From the NCBI RefSeq assembly GCF_006345805.1, contig NW_021832548.1:1-64000 (forward strand): a DNA stretch of 64,000 nucleotides, read 5' to 3'. The stretch's first letter is position 1. Every line of letters begins with the position of its first letter. The stretch is from Octopus sinensis. Taxonomy: Eukaryota. The position numbers were made by a program, and so were the translations under genes. Shown piece by piece: positions 38,470 through 53,390 of this stretch. The notes under the pieces were generated by a model. That model was not told the DNA's origin and made no database searches. It was given only the letters and a program-made list of their open reading frames with translations.

Positions 38470-38914
38470 GGATCTTTGCGGTTTGAACGGCAGTCTTTTC
38501 TAGCGGTGTCATACGAAATTGTCACCCATAATTATGACCCTAGTATCGATCTATTGCATTTCAATCTGTTTAAGGTTTAGGGTTAGTTAGGGTTAGTTAG
38601 GGTTAGGCTTAGGGGTGGGGGGAAGGGTATCTTTTTTATCTTCAGAAATGTAAATAAACCCAATCTGTTTCTTAAACGAGGGACATATTCATACGGCACA
38701 TAATGTTTTCACCTCAATAGACGTCATTGATTGGTTGAAATTTCAGAAATTGAAGAAAAAAACACAACAAATATCTTACAAACTGTAGAATTTTCTCAAT
38801 AAAGTCAAGAGAAAAAGATGTTTTATAAACACATTCTACCAGTATACGAAGTTTAAAAGTGTTTAGTTACGTGGAAATTATTTTAAAGAACTGCCGTTCA
38901 AACCGAAAAGATCC
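38470..38914. mobile_element. Merlin-like MITE, complete, containing TTAGGG-like repeats
   Basis: TIRs GGATCTTT(G/T)CGGTTTGAACGGCAGT; 8 bp TSD CGTACCGT/CATACCGT. GG-starting TIRs with an 8 bp TSD fit Merlin. Confidence 0.8.
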
Positions 38915-39960
38915 CATACCGTTTCATTTCCAATCCCTTGTGTAGCAGCAATCCAGACTGTTAGGGGAGTGGAGTAAATCCTTTTTTTCTCAACTGCCAG
39001 GATAACCTTACAATGAAGAAGGAGCTTCGATAAGGTAGAAATCCTGATAAGCCTACCACTCCCGACGATCCCCTTTGGCATGAATCAACCGAGTCGGAAG
39101 AATGCTTAGGAAGCTGTTCAAGCAGCTAGGTCAGCAAGGTCAGCTAGGTCATCCAGTGTCCAGTGTAGCGTCATATTGAAAAATCTATTAGAAAAATACC
39201 AAACAAATGTAGTAAAAAAAAGAAAATGTCTTGACTGTTCTTCTCTTTTTGTTCTCTCTCTCTCACCTTCTCTCCTCTTACGCTCATTCTCTCTATATTT
39301 GTCCCTTTCACTCCCTCCCTCTCTCTTTTCCATGACGTTCTTCTTAATCTTTTACTGTAACTCCTTCTTGCCAATCTTCCTTCTTCTCTCCCTTTCTTAC
39401 TTTCATATCCTTATAACTTTCCCTCACTTTCCTCTCCCGCGTCCTAAGTCGGCGTCTTTTTCTTAATCACAATACTTCTTTCACCCAATCTCTCACTACT
39501 TCGAAATTCTCTATCTTTCTTTTCATCCTTGTATGTGTATATGCAGAAAAGAGAAAGGGAGAGAAACAGACAGACAGAGAGAGGGAGAAAGAGAAAGATA
39601 GGGAGAGAAAAAGAATGAAACAGGAAGACGGGACTTTCAGTTCACTCACACTTCAAGTTGGAGTTGCGTTTTTCTCTCTAAGTCTGTTATGTTTGGCCTT
39701 TTCGATTACGCTATTTGTAAGAGATATCTTTTCGTAAAATTTCTGCTTTCTGGAAGCCGACAATCATTTCTCCTCCTGCCTTATACCTGTCGCACAAGAT
39801 CAATAATGTTGTTAGTTATGATGTTACTGATGTCTTCTTACACCTCGGCCTGTAAGTTAATATTAAGAAACATAATATTTTTTTCTGTTACAACACTGAA
39901 TATTCTTCTCTTAGATAACATGCTTTCATCTTCGAAAGACACAGTATACACACACGCACG

Positions 39961-39997
<37 letters not shown>

Positions 39998-41772
39998 TAA
40001 CTACACACCGACATACACTTTTCAACAGCGTCACCACAAATACCTATTTCTTTACTGCCCTCAAGGGGCTACACACAGAGAGAGGACAAACAAGCAGAGA
40101 CATAGGTATTAAGTCGATTACAACGACCGCAGTGCGAAACTGGTACTTTATTTATCGACCCTGAAAAGATGAAAGGCAAAGTCGACCTCGGCGGAATTTG
40201 AACTCAGAACGTAACGGCAGATGAAATACGGCTACGCATTTCGCCCGGCGTGTTAACGTTTCTGCCAGCTCGCCACAAATACCATAATACGAACAACACA
40301 ACACACTGTTTAATTCAGTACACACACCACACACCATCATGCACACTCTCACACCCACACAAACACATAATATCTGAACACAGAGAATATATAGATACAC
40401 ACGCAACACACATAAACACGCATAACACGCATTGACACGGATAACATTCGCTACAAAAATACACTATAGATGTGCACACTATTTGATTACAGATAAACAC
40501 ACACACACACCACACACACACACACATACACACGTGCACACACTACCTGAATAAGCTCACATGAACGGCTACACGTGCAACACAACAGACACACGCGCAC
40601 ACAGAGACGTTAGCTTCACACATATACACACATCCATATGCACACACACACACGTCCATATGCACACACACACACGTCCATATGCACGCACACACACATA
40701 CAGAGGGATACACAAAACGCACATTTCTCCACACAACACATACACTAGGTTAATTTTACACAAACACACACACACCACACATACATATATACATACATAT
40801 ATGCATACATACATACATACATACATACATACATACGTACATACGCACGTACATACATACATACATACATACGTACATACATACATACATACATACATAC
40901 ATACATACATACATACATACATACATACGTACATATCCCGTTCTGTCTGTGTTTGTAAAAGTGTATAAAGACAGTATTTTTCAACTGATTTCCTCCAAAC
41001 TGCGAACGTACATTACTTATGTTCCAGGGATGGCTTTAGACCAATAGTTTTCAACCAGGGTTCCGCGGAACCTTACGGTTCCACCAGCACACTCCAGGGG
41101 TTCCACAAAATGTTACAAAACTGCTAAAATCGGCAGTAATTTTTTATTCTCCTGTGCAGATATGTGTGCATCAGACTATTAAATTATTGCACAGGGGTTC
41201 CTCGAGCCAGTGGAATGTTTCCTTGGGGTTCCGCTCCAGCAAAAAGTTTGAAAAGCACTGCTTTAGACTCTTAAAATTCTCACATAGTCAGTAGCGTACC
41301 CCTTGGGAGCACAAAAATTAGATACAACCGTACGCACACACTCACACCAACCAGTACGTGGAATGCATGTCACTTCACATAATGTACACACTGACACACA
41401 GAAGTCAACATAATTTTCAGCTAACCCACTCACACACTAGCATCCATTCTCATAAACACATTCACAGACACCGTCCTCCCAAACACACATGCGCTTGTGC
41501 ACCTAAGATCCTTGGATATTACCGTTATCGTTATGATTATTATCTCGCTTTCATTCAACCTCTATTTTCCGGTCATCTCGCCATGTTGGACAATTTTTCT
41601 GTGCACTTCCGTTTCTTTCCCAATTTTCTTTATTCTTTCACAGTTGTCATCATTCTCTCTCCATTTTTTTTCCTCTTAATCCTTTCTGTCGAAAAGCATA
41701 GGCTCGAGACTTAAAAGACTTTTGCTTTCATCCCGAGCGTTAAAATAATACACCTGCTGTCTTCGTCTTCTG

Positions 41773-41819
<47 letters not shown>

Positions 41820-41827
41820 ATATATAT

Positions 41828-41959
41828 TAAGGTATGTAGAAAAATACAACATGGACAAGAACGTATAACTCTTAGAAGACGATACAATAAACATGGACAG
41901 GACATTCGAACCCCTCAGTCTTCAGTCAAGAACCGGATCATCGTAGTAATTTCGGCTGA

Positions 41960-41965
<6 letters not shown>
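41828..41965 (-). mobile_element. Short PLE pLTR-like insertion in (TA)n, right arm only
   Basis: Absent from the left-arm mirror (11290-11390); degenerate CTGAAGA...CGAA.GTC on the minus strand. Confidence 0.5.
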
Positions 41966-42001
<36 letters not shown>

Positions 42002-42281
42002 ATATATATATGATATTAGCCGGTGTTTTTCAAACGATGAGTAGCTTTGCTTAAAGCATGGATCGTTTTGTTCTCTTACTTGTTATCATCTTATAATCAC
42101 CTCATAATAATGACTTTTATGACTCGTATTACTACCTCAGTCAATCTAAGTGTATATATTTGTCGTTACCTGTCAGAAATAGCCTTTTTCTATTTGCAAT
42201 GTGCATTTTCGTAGATTTTTCATATTTTACTCTTACATTTCAACGTGTATTTTATATTTTCTTTTTATAACATATTTCTAC

Positions 42282-42325
<44 letters not shown>

Positions 42326-42330
42326 GTGTG

Positions 42331-42371
<41 letters not shown>

Positions 42372-43287
42372 AAGTTCAGCAAAATTTAGATCCAGATGAA
42401 TATGGTACTTAAGTTAAAGGCACCAGAATTTGGTATGGTATTATCCATATAAATCAAATGGGGTGATTATAATCAAAATAAGCAACAAGGATATCCAAGG
42501 TAGTGTAGTACAATCGTTTCGTGCTACTTCATTTTATTAAACACTGTAAGTATTACGTCAGTTGTTAAATGTCGAGCAATCTTCAGCCACATATAGAAGT
42601 TTTTTTTTTAATTAAATGGACAATGTACATATTTATACTTATTTCATTTGCCAACATTACAAAGAGGGTAGATATATAGACAGAGAGGTTAATTTCATCA
42701 TTAAGAACGTGGTGGTAGTATGTCCTTCTCCATTGGTAGATTTCTTATCACTGAGTTCACTTTGCTACTTAGATCTATCAGTGGGGAGGGGGTTTCTTAT
42801 CTTGGTTCAATGAAGACAAACAAGAATTTTCTATTTATTGATAGGGGAAGGGGTAGTACAAATTTCAAAACCATAAATCCATCCTTATTATGAAGAATTT
42901 AACTTAAGCATATTTGAATGTATTTTAGCAAAAGTTTGTAGGCTGAAGTGTATGGTTTTGACATTTGTACTACCCTTTCCTCTATCTATAAATGTTAACA
43001 TTTAACATTATTGACCGAGGTTACCGGGGTATTTTCCGAAAGCTTTTCTCTCCACGGATAAACCCTATTTACTTTCCCCCTTACACTTTACATCATGACA
43101 TTACTGGGATACACGATCCCTATTGATCGTTATTTTTCTTTCTTTCCCTTTTACGATCCCTTTTGATCGAAAACCTACCCCACTTTTTTGTTTTCCCCCC
43201 ATAAAGAACAGCTCTACTTTGTAATCTGTCCCGTCTGTGTGCAGCCCTGTGTAGCTAATAAAGAAACATATCTATATATCTATTCAC

Positions 43288-43397
<110 letters not shown>

Positions 43398-43398
43398 C

Positions 43399-43951
43399 AA
43401 AAAGAGAAAATGGAGAAACATACCTAAATCAATCATCAACCATCAGATAATATCCAATCAATACTTTATTAAACCATTACACAACAGCAATGATATTATA
43501 CATTAATATAGTACAAATATAACTAGACATTGAAATAGAAATAGAAAATACATTTACATTGTAGCTGACAGCTGTTTCGGCCGTGAAGACAGGTGTGTCC
43601 CATTTAACCTATTAGCCATAAAGCAGGTAAAAATGAGACAATGACAAGAATGTCTCTCGGCCTCTTCAGAGAATTTAATGCAAGTATGAAAAAAATTTAC
43701 ATATAAATACAAATATGTGTGCATACACACTCATATTCCTACATATATATATATATATACACAATAATACAATATAAACAATATAAATCAATATACATTT
43801 ACAAACACAACAATGTTCCATATTGAACTCCACAGTTCTATAACCAACATCAAGGAAATACAACACGTACACTCACATTTAAAGCAGGCATATATATTGA
43901 ACAGTCCAATCTATTAAAATGTGTCACCCCACAAAAGTCAATAAAATTAAT

Positions 43952-43990
<39 letters not shown>

Positions 43991-45217
43991 CACGATTGTA
44001 CCATCCAAAGCAAGTGGACATCCACATATATACTCTATCAGTTGAATTCCTCTGCCCGCATGGTATTGATTTTCATAGATAGATTCGATTGGCTTATAGT
44101 TTTAAATTTGAATCACAATGGAAATTTTACGGTTAGTTAGCCAGGAAACATACACACGCGCACGCACATCCACAAATCGTGCGCACATACATACATAGTT
44201 ATATGTATATACACACACACCCACACACATACACACAGACATACCCACATACACAACCAAATCATAAATAAATAAATAATATAATAGGTTGTATCGCAAC
44301 TATACACATGCAAAACAGAGGAACTCAACCGATTGCACATACATGCATGCAGACATCCAGCCACCCCGGACGACACCATGGCCGTGGTATTAACTAAGTA
44401 TTTACAAATAGATCCACTCACATATTTCCATAAAACAGTAAATGCAATCATACATATAATTATATCCAGATAGAGAGTGTAATTTGTCATAAGGTACTTA
44501 ATTCATATGACACCGTATTTTCCGTAAACATAATATTTTATAACTAAAAATGACCGCAAACTTTACCGCTATGTTTTATTCAACATTCGCTAAATTATAA
44601 AGTATAGAATACCCGTTTCTGTTTGTCTATCCAAAGACATAAAAATATATATATACTAAGTTAACATCGGTTTATAATAATTAAATTATAAGAAATTAAT
44701 TGTAAAAAGTCAAAATACGCTAATATTCTAAGATATATAATCAAAATAACTCCTTATAGCTTATACAGATAGCATCCCTACGTAAGAAATCCAGTATTAT
44801 TACAATACTAATATTTTCCTATTTAAACCCTCACCAACGAACTAATAGAATTACACTAACATCTACATGTCCATATGTATACTCATGTGTAACAACAGAC
44901 ATATACATACACACCATATATTTTCACATATGATGTGCGTGTAAACATTCGTAGTACTTATATATATATATTTGTAAGTATCAGTGGACACATAAATACA
45001 TATATAATAATTAACAGGATTTAGCATTAAATAATATCAGTGGACATATAAATACCTATAAAGCAATTAACAGGACTTACCAATAAATAGTATATAAGTA
45101 AATAACAATAAATTAAATTAATTATAAGTTAATAATTGTAATTACTTAAAATTAAAATGTAATAAAATAAAATAAGATGAAATAATTAAAATTAAAATTA
45201 AGATATAAGTAAAAGCT

Positions 45218-45282
<65 letters not shown>

Positions 45283-48090
45283 AAATAATGGATATGTATG
45301 TATATATCTACATATAAATAAATAAATGAATAAATAAATAGATAAATACCATAGAATACAAATTAAGATAAATACAAAGGTAAACCTAATATATAGTACT
45401 GCTAATATGTATATATCCACATATACATAAATGAATAGATAGATAGATAAATAACATAAAATAAAATGAAAAATATACATTGAAATGAGTACATATATAA
45501 ACTTAGTATACAGGCTACTATTATGTAAATATTTACCTATAGATAAATGAATAAATAAATAGATAAATAACATAAAGTACAAATCAAGATGAGTACAATA
45601 TAGACTAAATATATAAGACTGCTAATATGTATAAAGCCAAATGTAAGTAAATGAATAGATTTATTAATAAATAACATTAGATACAAATTAAGATAAGTAC
45701 AAAGATACACTAAATATACAATATATAAGGCTGCCAAATAAATACCTGCAAAAACCCATATACTCATCCAAAACACACAATGTACATTCAATATAGACTC
45801 TCATTTATTACATATTAGTATTACAGTATCTAAAACCAGGTTCCCGAACTATGATACTCATACACACTCAACAATTTTGGAAATCCCCATGAATATCATA
45901 TTTCTGTGTATATACCAAAATATATATATTCATGCCACAGTGTATTTCCCTTATAAACCAGGACAAAAAAAAACAAGAAACAAAAAACAATCAATACAGA
46001 ACATATATATTTATATATATGTGTAGCTACAAAATTATAAATTTATAAGTTGCCTGTTTCAAATTGTAAAGACTACTAGTATAATCAGATATAGAGGAAA
46101 GTTAAAATATTACTAGTAGAAAAGCTAAGTTCTATTTAAATCTAGAGAAAGTGTACGGTAGTTTATGAATGCAAAAAAAATTTTGCTCATTAATATTATT
46201 AATAATAGGCCTACCAGCTTTGATAATGAAAAAAATTTCTTTAATACATAGAGAGCATTTTTTATTTTTACTATTATATACAGGTGCAGAAGTTAGTATT
46301 TTCCAATTTAATTTAAAATCTAAGTTCTTACTTTTGAGTTCCCAAATATACGTACTTAACCCCGTAGAGTACATCCTATTTTTATTTCTAAAAGTATATC
46401 TATGATAATTAAGTCTCTGTTTCATGCTATTCATAGTTGCTCCGATGTATACCCTACTGCTAAATTGTGTATCCACAGTGCATTGATAAACTACCTCTTT
46501 CTTGAGGCATTGATTACCAAACACACATTGATTTCTGTTTCTGAAATTACAGTTATCAACAGGTTGGGGTAATCTAACATTGGCCAAAATTTCTGTAACA
46601 CTATTCCCATTAATAGTGTTACAATTATTTTACTATCCAATCCCAAATTCAACGAATGATGGGATTTATCATTATTGGCGATATTCCTATCAATAGTAAT
46701 AGTATTATTGTTAGTGTTATCATCTAATACATTAATATTTTTCCTTACAGGTACGGTACCATCATAATTTGCAAGAGGGTTGTTCGCGTTAGCTCCAAAA
46801 GATATATTGTTCCTACGATTATAGAGAGGCAAATTACTATTATCTAAATTCAACTTTCTATCATTATAGAAGTAATCCAGCTTCCTGTTATTAAATGAGA
46901 TGATGGTGGCTAAATTATGTGTAATGCTATATCTTATTCTAACAGTTCCATTGTTAATTAATTGACCAAATTCATTCCTACCCTTAACAAAGTGCCTAAA
47001 TATTACATTGTGCAAAGCTCTAACTATGTCTGTTTTTATCTGCAATGCATATGGGATTATCAGCCATAGTGTATCCTTATCAGTATTAGGGTTGCCTATC
47101 AAATTGTTATTTTTAGTAAAAACCTTGTTCCTCCTCCATCCCATATGTTTACTATCCTTAACATTATCATTGTTATACCTATCATTATCAATATTACCAT
47201 AATTATTGCGTAAATAAACTTTATTATTATCATACCTACCATTAGTTTTAATATGCATATTATTAATATTACTACCATCACTTATGTGCGCTAATTTATT
47301 TAAACTAACGTCAACAGCTCCAAGATTACCAACACCTCTATAATTATCATAATCGTTTTTATATATCCTATTTTTCCTTGTCTTACAGTTATTATTGTTT
47401 GTCCTAAATCTATTGGCGTTGTTCTTAATGGTTCCACCTATATTTGAAGGATTATCCTTGGGTATATACCATATTTTACTTTTGTAGCCTGCTTTCAGCA
47501 AGGCTGTATTATATCTATCACAATGCTTATTAAAAATGTCCCCGTTTGAGGATAGATAAGAGATTCTCTGATTAATGCTACGCACTAGTGATCTTTTAAT
47601 TTGAGGGGGGTGATTGCTAGAACGGTTTATATATACTAAGTTAGAATTGGGTTTAATATAAGGTTCATGTATCCCATTAGTAAGGTTCCAATTGACATCC
47701 AAATAATTGGCAGAATAGTTTTCATTTTCAATAATTGTGGATAGGCCAAAACTTTTAAAATTTTATGTAGTCTTTTTTTCAGTATATCCAGTCTCGATGG
47801 TTGATGATTGATTTAGGTATGTTTCTCCATTTTCTCATTTTGTATTATTAATTTACGGTAATAATTTTACCTTTGCCCACATAATACAGTTGATTTAGGT
47901 ATGTTTCTCCATCTTCTCATTTTGTATTATTAATTTACGGTAATAATTTTACCTTTACCCACATAATACAGTAGATGAATTAATTGCATCGCAATTTTTA
48001 ACATTTATGTATTAGCTTTATTGGGTACTTCTCTAGCAGTATATTGGATATATGTTATCCCATGCAGGGTTGAATTTACAAACCCTATCT

Positions 48091-48095
<5 letters not shown>
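43399..48095 (-). mobile_element. Penelope-like element, 5' truncated, right arm only
   Basis: RT thumb (ANYLDV..., SNHPPQI) and linker at 46491-47790, then GIY-YIG (VYQC...YIGAT) at 46132-46587; ~50 bp inverted repeat (43399 vs 47797); inserted in (TA)n. Confidence 0.9.
43563..43673 (-). ncRNA. Hammerhead ribozyme motif with long stem II loop
   Basis: CTGAAGA-GGCC...GGCC-GAAA-CAGCT-GTC; palindromic stem III ACAGCTGT; stem I is weak. Confidence 0.6.
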
Positions 48096-48130
<35 letters not shown>

Positions 48131-50690
48131 TTCATCTTTTGTCTTTTACTTACTTCAGTCATTAGACTGCAGTCATGCTGGGGCACCGTCATGAGATTTT
48201 AATCGATTGAATATACCCCACTAATTATAATTTAAGCCTGGTACATATTGTATCGGTCTCTTTTGTCACCTCCATCCTAAGTTACGGAGACGTAAACACA
48301 CACACCCAGTTGTCAAGTGGCGATGGGGAGAAATACACCGACATACACACACAGATATATATATACATATATACATAGATACACATATATATACATATAT
48401 ATGCGACAGGCTTCTTTCAGTTTCCGTCTACCAAATCCACTCACAAGGCTTTGCTCGACCTGAGGCTATAGTAGAAGACACTTGCTGAAGGTGTCACTAT
48501 TAATCAAAAACAGCACATCATCTCTATACAGTCCACCTTTAATATCTGGAAATTTATTATTAAATAAAATAGAATGTATAGATCAGAATCAGCAGATCCC
48601 ATGGTAATGTCAAAAACTCATTGCTACTTTTTCTTGCCAAGGACTTATTATCAAATAAAATAAGAGATTTTTGAACTCCCAAACTTACTTTAATTTCTTT
48701 AAAATAAAGTTAGTTTTTTTTCTCTAGCAGATAAAAAGCATTATTAAGCTCAACAGGATTAATAGAAGAATAATAGTTATTAATATATATCTGTATAAAT
48801 TTACTTCTATTTTTATTATCCAGTCTAGCAACCAATAAATAGTTTCCTGTGTATTAGACAAAAGTTCAAGTTTTATGTTTTTCTTGACTATATGTTTTTC
48901 TTAAGTATACACATATCAAGAAAATCTTTACTTAATGTACTCAGGTCAGATAAGCCTGGGAAAATTATTCTCACTTCAGAATAGAAAAAATGTTTTCCTT
49001 GTGATTTTTTAAGTTATCCTAGGCCTCATAGACACAAAAGTCTCTGTTCTATCACCAAGGTCCTTGTCATTCATAATTTTCTTAGCATCTAAGTTAATGA
49101 ACCTTAAAACTTTTTACTTACTACATTATAATTACTAGTAATCTCTTTCTTCATTCATTCATGATATTTTAATAGATCCTAATCATATAAGTTTCATTGC
49201 TCCATAATCTATTTTTTTCTTTTAAGATCACATAGTAAAGAATTTGTTTCTTTAAATGTTCAATTTCCCGGAGGGAATATACAACAAATTTAATATTCTT
49301 GACAATATTCCATAAATCGTCTTCAAAAGCCTCCAAATGGCGGTATGGTGGTGGAAATTTCTTTGTCTCAAAGATCTTTTTAAAAAGTTCAGTATCTTCT
49401 TTATGAGGGTTATTTTCTTTTATAAAATCCTTTTCATGGTAAAAAGCCGCCCAACGGATTCTATGAATCAATTCAAAAGTCTTATTAATCAGATCCTTCA
49501 TGAATCCTTTCTAGGTGGAATAGGAAAGTCTTGTAAAGATAAGTGAATCGGTAATTTCTCCATTGAGACCAGCGAAAATATGTATTAATATTGCTTAAAT
49601 AATATACAAATATATTATTATAAATCAAACTAAGAAAAAGAACCATTTCAATCAATATATAATAAACATTGATTTATGATGCTATTCTCCTCTAATAAAC
49701 CAAGTAAATTTGTGTTACTTTCTTATTTACTAAAACTAAAGTTTATATTAATACGAATAAATAAATTAGAACAATTATTATATATAATTATATAAAATTT
49801 TGAACAATTTTGCATATATGAATGTTTCTTGTAGACCCTATAAAATGTAGCATATATCATCATATGTTCTTTCGAACTTGTATATACACATAAAAACTTA
49901 TGTGTACACTACGGTAGTAGTTGAATAATATTCTTAACGTAGCTTTTTGTTGCAGTTGGCGTCTTCCAAGTAGTCTCACTAATTCACTTTTAATCCAAAT
50001 CAAATTTAGTTTTTAAAAATTATGTTTGACTAGTGATAAGCTACATTTAGACATAAAATACTTAAAGTCTGGTGCAGTAGAACAAAAGAGAAAAAGCGTA
50101 TAGACCAAACTGGTTGACTGACGGGTAATAAAGCCCGACATCGACATTTTGAATCCACACCATTCTTTTAATTTTGAACAAGAATTATTATATTGATATT
50201 AATATGAAAGGAATTGTTAAAGGAATATATTGGTAAAGGTTTCGTAAAATGTTATCCATAGAAAAAAGTTATTATTTTATTCTCTCAATTTGTATCAAAT
50301 TTTGCGTGATATTAAAGGGACTAGACATGTATGAACTAAACTATTTCTTAGTTGCACACACAACCAAAGATAAACGACAGCACAAATCAATACAAAGTGT
50401 TCTATTTATTTTCTTTAGTATAAATTACTTTTTATAAAAAATGAATTTTTTTGCTTAACTTTATGTAGTGTGGCTTTTTAACGTCCATTTTGAATAAATT
50501 ATTTTAACAACAAGATTATTTGATAAAAATATAAAAATATTTTTATATTTTGTCTCTATGATCAGTATTCTATCATGTTGTAGGGCTGTTCAGAAAAGGC
50601 AAATGACAAAAATTCTAATATTTTAAGACACTTGCTTCACAGCTATACGGCTGGGAATTAAGCGTCCTACAGTGACTCCTAGAGAGAGAG

Positions 50691-50735
<45 letters not shown>

Positions 50736-50918
50736 GAGAGAGAAAAGGAGAGAGAGAGAGAGAGAGAATGAGGCAGAATGATGTCGATAAATAAATGCAT
50801 AGATATGCATGCATATATACTAATGTATATGTATCAACCTATATATCTATATATATAAATCTGTCTCTCTCTTTCTATGTATGATATACATGTATGTATG
50901 TAGAATGTATGCATATAT

Positions 50919-50967
<49 letters not shown>

Positions 50968-52869
50968 TATATATATATGTACATATATTTATATGTATAT
51001 ATGTGTGTATGTGAGTGTGTGTGTATGTGTAAGTCCGTGTGTGTGTCCGTAAATACATACTTATGTATCAAGTTATTTTCAATTGAGACGTTAGAACCGT
51101 ATTTAATACTTAAAGAGCCTAACTGAGTGCATGTGCATATATTTACCACATTGATGACATCTATCACAGGTTTTTCCCATTGTGTTGATGAACTATTTTC
51201 TATGATTAATAAAACTGTCAGCATTTTGACGACACAGGTATGTTAGTATAATAATAAATATCAAAAACTAACTGCAAAGTTTATATTGTGGATAGATGTA
51301 ATCCGTATTCACAACAACCGTTATTTTAATTGGTTCTCTTTTCCTACTTCTGTCATTCTTCTTCTTCTTCTTCTTTTCTTCTTCTTCTCTTCTTCTTCTT
51401 CTTCTTCTTCTTCTTCTTCTATAGTTACATTATATATTTTTTATAACATCTATCTCTGATTTATGTTTTTTTTTTTCTATACAGTTATTGAGATTGCAGA
51501 TGTGTTACCTTCAAGCAATATTGATTTTGCAAACAGAACATTCTTAACTATAAAATGTCGGTATGATGTAAAAAATTTTATTCAGTTTTTTCTCGTGCGA
51601 AATCACAGTGAAGTTATTGTTCAAATCGATTATCAAAAAAAGACAGGAATTTTTTTGAGGTAGTAACCAGGAAAAAGGGTTTTGACTGTACTCCACCTAC
51701 ATCCTCTCTAAGTAAGATAGGTGTGATTACCTGCACGAAACGTTATCCCTCTTGTGAGGATGCGACATACTACACATGTTCAACAAATGAAGAATCTTCA
51801 AAATCTAGACTTGTAAGAGGTAAGTTTACTCGTTCTATTTTTACTTCCGTTTCTTTTTTTGCACGTATTCAACTCCATTGTCTTTATTTTTATTTCTATT
51901 GCGTGTTTCTATTGCACTATCGAACACACAGTTTCATCCAATCAGGTCAATTGCCCAGGCCAGCCTGACTACCTCTCTCCATCGCTCCCGATCTTCCATT
52001 AGTGTTTTTAGGCCTTCAACTTGGCATCCAACATCTTCTGCAAGCTGTTGTATATATGTCTTCCGTGGTCTTCCAGTCGCTGTGGTACCGTGATTTGGTG
52101 CCCACAACAACTCGTTACTCACAAGTTCTTCTTTACTTCTCCAGCAATGGTCAGCAAAACCCAACGTACGCTCTTAGATGATTGATGAGAAAGTTGATAC
52201 ATTCCCATATAACCTTTGTTTTGTTGGGTGCTCCCTCCATTAAATGTAGGGCACTGCACGTAACATTCTGGTGTAGGTACCGTCCAGCATGCACTTAAGT
52301 CCCTCTCTTTCTTTTCTCTCTTTTACTTATTTCAGTCATTTGACAGCGGCCATGCTGGAGCACCGCCTTTAGTCGAGCAAATCGACCCCGGAACGTATTC
52401 TTTGTAAGCCCAGTACTTATTCTATCGGTCACTTTTGCCGAACCGCTAAGTGCATGTCTGTATATGCATGCATGAATGTATGTAAATATGTTTGCGTATG
52501 TGAATATATATGTATCTATATTGTGTCCACATATTCATACATGCGCACGCACACACATACATACACGCACACAGACAATATATATAAATGCACACAAATA
52601 CATGCTTATGTGTAAGTAAATATACACGTGTATGAATGTGTCATTCATCTGTTGTGGAGTTATTGCTAGTGACTTGGCCCCACACAGCCTTAGCACTGCT
52701 TACACAGTTAACCACTTCTAAGCAACAGTTCCCAAAGTCCAGGATTAACAATAATTGGAGTGTTGTCAAATGTTTTAGTTTTGTATGAAGATTGTAGTTT
52801 ACATTAGTGAAACTACTCTTTTATTGTGAGGCCCTTTGTTCGAAGATAAGCATATTTCGATTCACTTAA

Positions 52870-53111
52870 CTCTTTTTACTCTTTTACTTGTTTCAGTCAT
52901 TTGACTGCGGCCATGCTGGAGCACCGCATTTCGTCGAGCAAATCGACCCCGGGACTTATTCTTTTTAAGCCAAGTACATATTCTATCGGTATCTTTTGCA
53001 AGACCGCTAAGTGACGGGGACGTAAATAAAACAGCATCGGTTGTCAAGCAATGCTAGGGGGACAAATACCACACACACACACACACACACTCACACACAC
53101 ACACACACACA

Positions 53112-53184
<73 letters not shown>

Positions 53185-53345
53185 GATATACGACAGGCAT
53201 CTTTAAGTTTCCGTCTACCAAATCCACTCACAAGGCATTGGTCGGCCCTTGGATAGAGCAGAAGACACTTGCCCAAGATGCCACGCAGTGGGACCGAACC
53301 CGAACCATGGTGTTGGTTAGCAAGCTACTTACTACACAGCCACTC
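52870..53345 (-). mobile_element. tRNA-derived SINE
   Basis: Full copy of the 4070 family; a partial second copy lies at 52310-52450. Confidence 0.85.
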
Positions 53346-53390
53346 CTTCACCTATTCGTTTTTTTTTGTTTTTTTTTCTTTTCTTTTCAG

